Origin: Patellaria atrata CBS 101060
Lineage: Eukaryota
Direction: 5' to 3'
NCBI GenBank assembly: GCA_010093705.1
Contig: MU006093.1
Span: 765,301-829,300, forward strand
Length of the DNA: 64,000 bases
Every line of letters begins with the position of its first letter. The stretch's first letter is position 1. Position numbers and translations under genes: made by a program. A model generated the notes under the pieces. The model made no database searches. It worked only from the letters and a program-made list of their open reading frames with translations, and was not told where the DNA came from. Positions 61,901-64,000 of the stretch are shown piece after piece.

Positions 61901-62697
61901 TCGCTCAACAAACCCATGTCTTTCTCCGTTTTACCGTTCAGAACGCATTTGTTGCTTCGCAACATGATCGGCATACGCCCAATGCTGACGTTCCTCCTCT
62001 TAATCTTGTGTTCGCCTCTGCGGTATTCGACGTCCACATATATAGGCGCCGCATAGGTCATATCTCGAAGTCGGCATTCATTTGGAGTAATCGAGGACTT
62101 GTAATTCTTTAAATCGTCTTCCACCATTCGGTTCGGAGAGAGCACCCGGATGTCAGTATACTTCCACCAGAATTTATTGTCCACATCACTTCGGACATAT
62201 TGATTGGCCTTGACAATATTCTTAAGCTCAACATCAACAAAGTAGTTGAATGAGTCAATGTGCTGCTTCACCAGTCCCTTGACTTTTAGGAAAGCTGGAA
62301 GAAGGTTCCATTTGTCTCTAGCTGTGTCAATGGGATCGGTAAGGCTTTTACCATAGTAAAAAGGCTCCAGAAGCGCGTCGAAAGCGTCATCACGCCCTAT
62401 GCTTGTATGTGGCCTATTCTGTCGCTGAACTGCAGATCTTGGTAGTTCGGGGGCTTGATTTGGAGGTAATGAAGGTTGGGAGGTAGATGATTCTGGTTCA
62501 CGGAGGGTTCCAGCTGTAGCTGATAGAGCAGGATCTTTGAGTCTGCGTGGTGCCCGCGGCTTTTTCACTTTGGTGGGGTCCTACGAGAGCGTCATTCAAA
62601 TGTTCGACGAGATATGGCACACAAATCATACCTTTGCAGTGATTTCAGAGGTCTCTGGGGCTTCCAGATGCGTAGGTTTCCTTGCTTTCGGTGGCAT
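58954..62697 (-). CDS. RET1: DNA-directed RNA polymerase III second-largest subunit (RPC2/C128)
   Basis: [77 protein letters not shown]; short first exon MPPKARK... plus intron. Confidence 0.97.
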
Positions 62698-63750
62698 ATT
62701 GTACGTGCGCGTATAACTAGGTAAGGTAACCTTTATGAATGATCCTCCAGAAATCTTTTGGTTGGTATGCCGAGGAAGAGATCTTAGATTCTTGGCAAGT
62801 CAGATAAGATAGGCGAAATGATATTCCGAATAGTCCGAGCGGCTCCCACTAGTCAGGGACCATGCGGTGGTTGTGGTGTTGCGGGGGGAGATCATGGTGA
62901 AGGCATGCCGATGTTGACCTAAGCTGCTGTACATCTCACAAAAGCGGTGAGAGACTTTGAACCGGTGAACATATTTTGCAAGGTTTAAGGATAGATAACA
63001 GCTAGAAAAACATGAAGATATAGATACAGCTTGACAAAATGAACATCCTTCTGTTCATCTTGCATATGCGTGGCTTTATTCAACGTACTTTGCAGCTTGG
63101 ACCTTGCTGCAAAGGCTCTTCAAACATCCCACATACGGAATACATTGCCCCACCAGTCATGTTCAACTCTACAGATCAGTAGTGGCGCATATTTGCCCAA
63201 ATACTGCATCACTAAACGATCGAGTTCGAAATAGTAAGGTAGTATGAGAACTCGACTTTCGCCGGTATCCATAATCATCCATTTAGTTTGTATTTCTAAG
63301 TTTCCACAAGCAAATCGAGGGCTGGCAGCTCGGTGCTATAACCTTACCTTACCTGATTGCCCCTCACTCTCATTACCTCTCTCCTCTTTACTCCATGTTG
63401 TAATCCGGAATTCTGGAAAGACTTGTTACCCGCGCAAAGAAATGATCCTCATACAAAAATGCCAAAGAAGTCAACTGGAGAGATAGCCGCCAAGGTGGCC
63501 AGAAGTTGCAGATCATTTACTAACTTGCAGAACCTACTGTATGTCGTGACCTGAATTGCGCCCACAAACTCCCTTTAGCTTCCGCTTGAAATCGCCGAGT
63601 GCGTGCGGTTCTGTTCAAAACCAAAGGCACTTTCCTCCTGCAATCTAGAGAGTCTGTACGTTTTGTTCCATAAGGTACTTACGGCTCCTTGTCTAAACCA
63701 AAATAGGGGACCAAAGTACAGTCCTTTTTTTTTTTTTGATCATATCTGCG

Positions 63751-63808
63751 CTGTAAGTTGTACTTGTACTTGTACATGTACTTTGTACATGCAACATCGT
63801 ACTGTACC
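63751..63808. repeat. (TGTACW)n simple repeat
   Basis: ttgtacttgtacttgtacatgtactttgtacatg...cgtactgtac. Confidence 0.7.
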
Positions 63809-64000
63809 ACTTGACTCGCGGAGGGGGGAGTTATGTATGTAGAGTGCGAACCGGGGGGCAAGGTGTTTCTCACTTGCTCTCCTAGATTGTCGTTTACCAA
63901 TTCGTAATAAGATAGACAACGTGCAGTAGTCCTCTTGAAGTCGATCGAATAGAAGTTGTACAGGATGGCAATCGATATGAATACTCTTCCGGCCAGAAGT

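Overview
Eukaryotic DNA from a filamentous ascomycete (Pezizomycotina, probably Eurotiomycete-like; inferred from short GT-AG introns with CTRAY branch points and from gene content). The window has two compartments. (1) About 1-7 kb is an AT-richer, RIP-damaged accessory block. It holds the 3' end of a NACHT-WD40 (HET-E/HNWD-like) NLR gene, a pseudogenised DUF3435 tyrosine recombinase (Starship 'captain') on the minus strand, and a frameshifted multi-TM gene of the 'DFSNNLFTDLAPLL' (usually ankyrin-linked) family that abuts the captain's 5' end. Together these look like the edge of a decayed Starship giant transposon whose cargo runs off the left edge. (2) About 7.7-63 kb is core genome: EDC4/Pdc1-like, GABA transaminase, Set2, an AT-hook protein, Rce1, a Ser-rich TM protein, a Pumilio protein, a secreted S9-like hydrolase, a Sly41-like transporter, M28 aminopeptidase, a Rab GTPase, CTL/Pns1, an FCP1-like HAD protein, CENP-I, a peroxisomal 4CL-like ligase and Pol III RPC2. 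Two notable items in the core are a small secreted Kex2-type precursor gene hidden by a 533-nt intron (25.7-26.8 kb) and an intergenic hairpin pair flanked by minisatellites (33.4-33.9 kb). Exon boundaries were read by eye and family calls come from motif recognition, not database searches.
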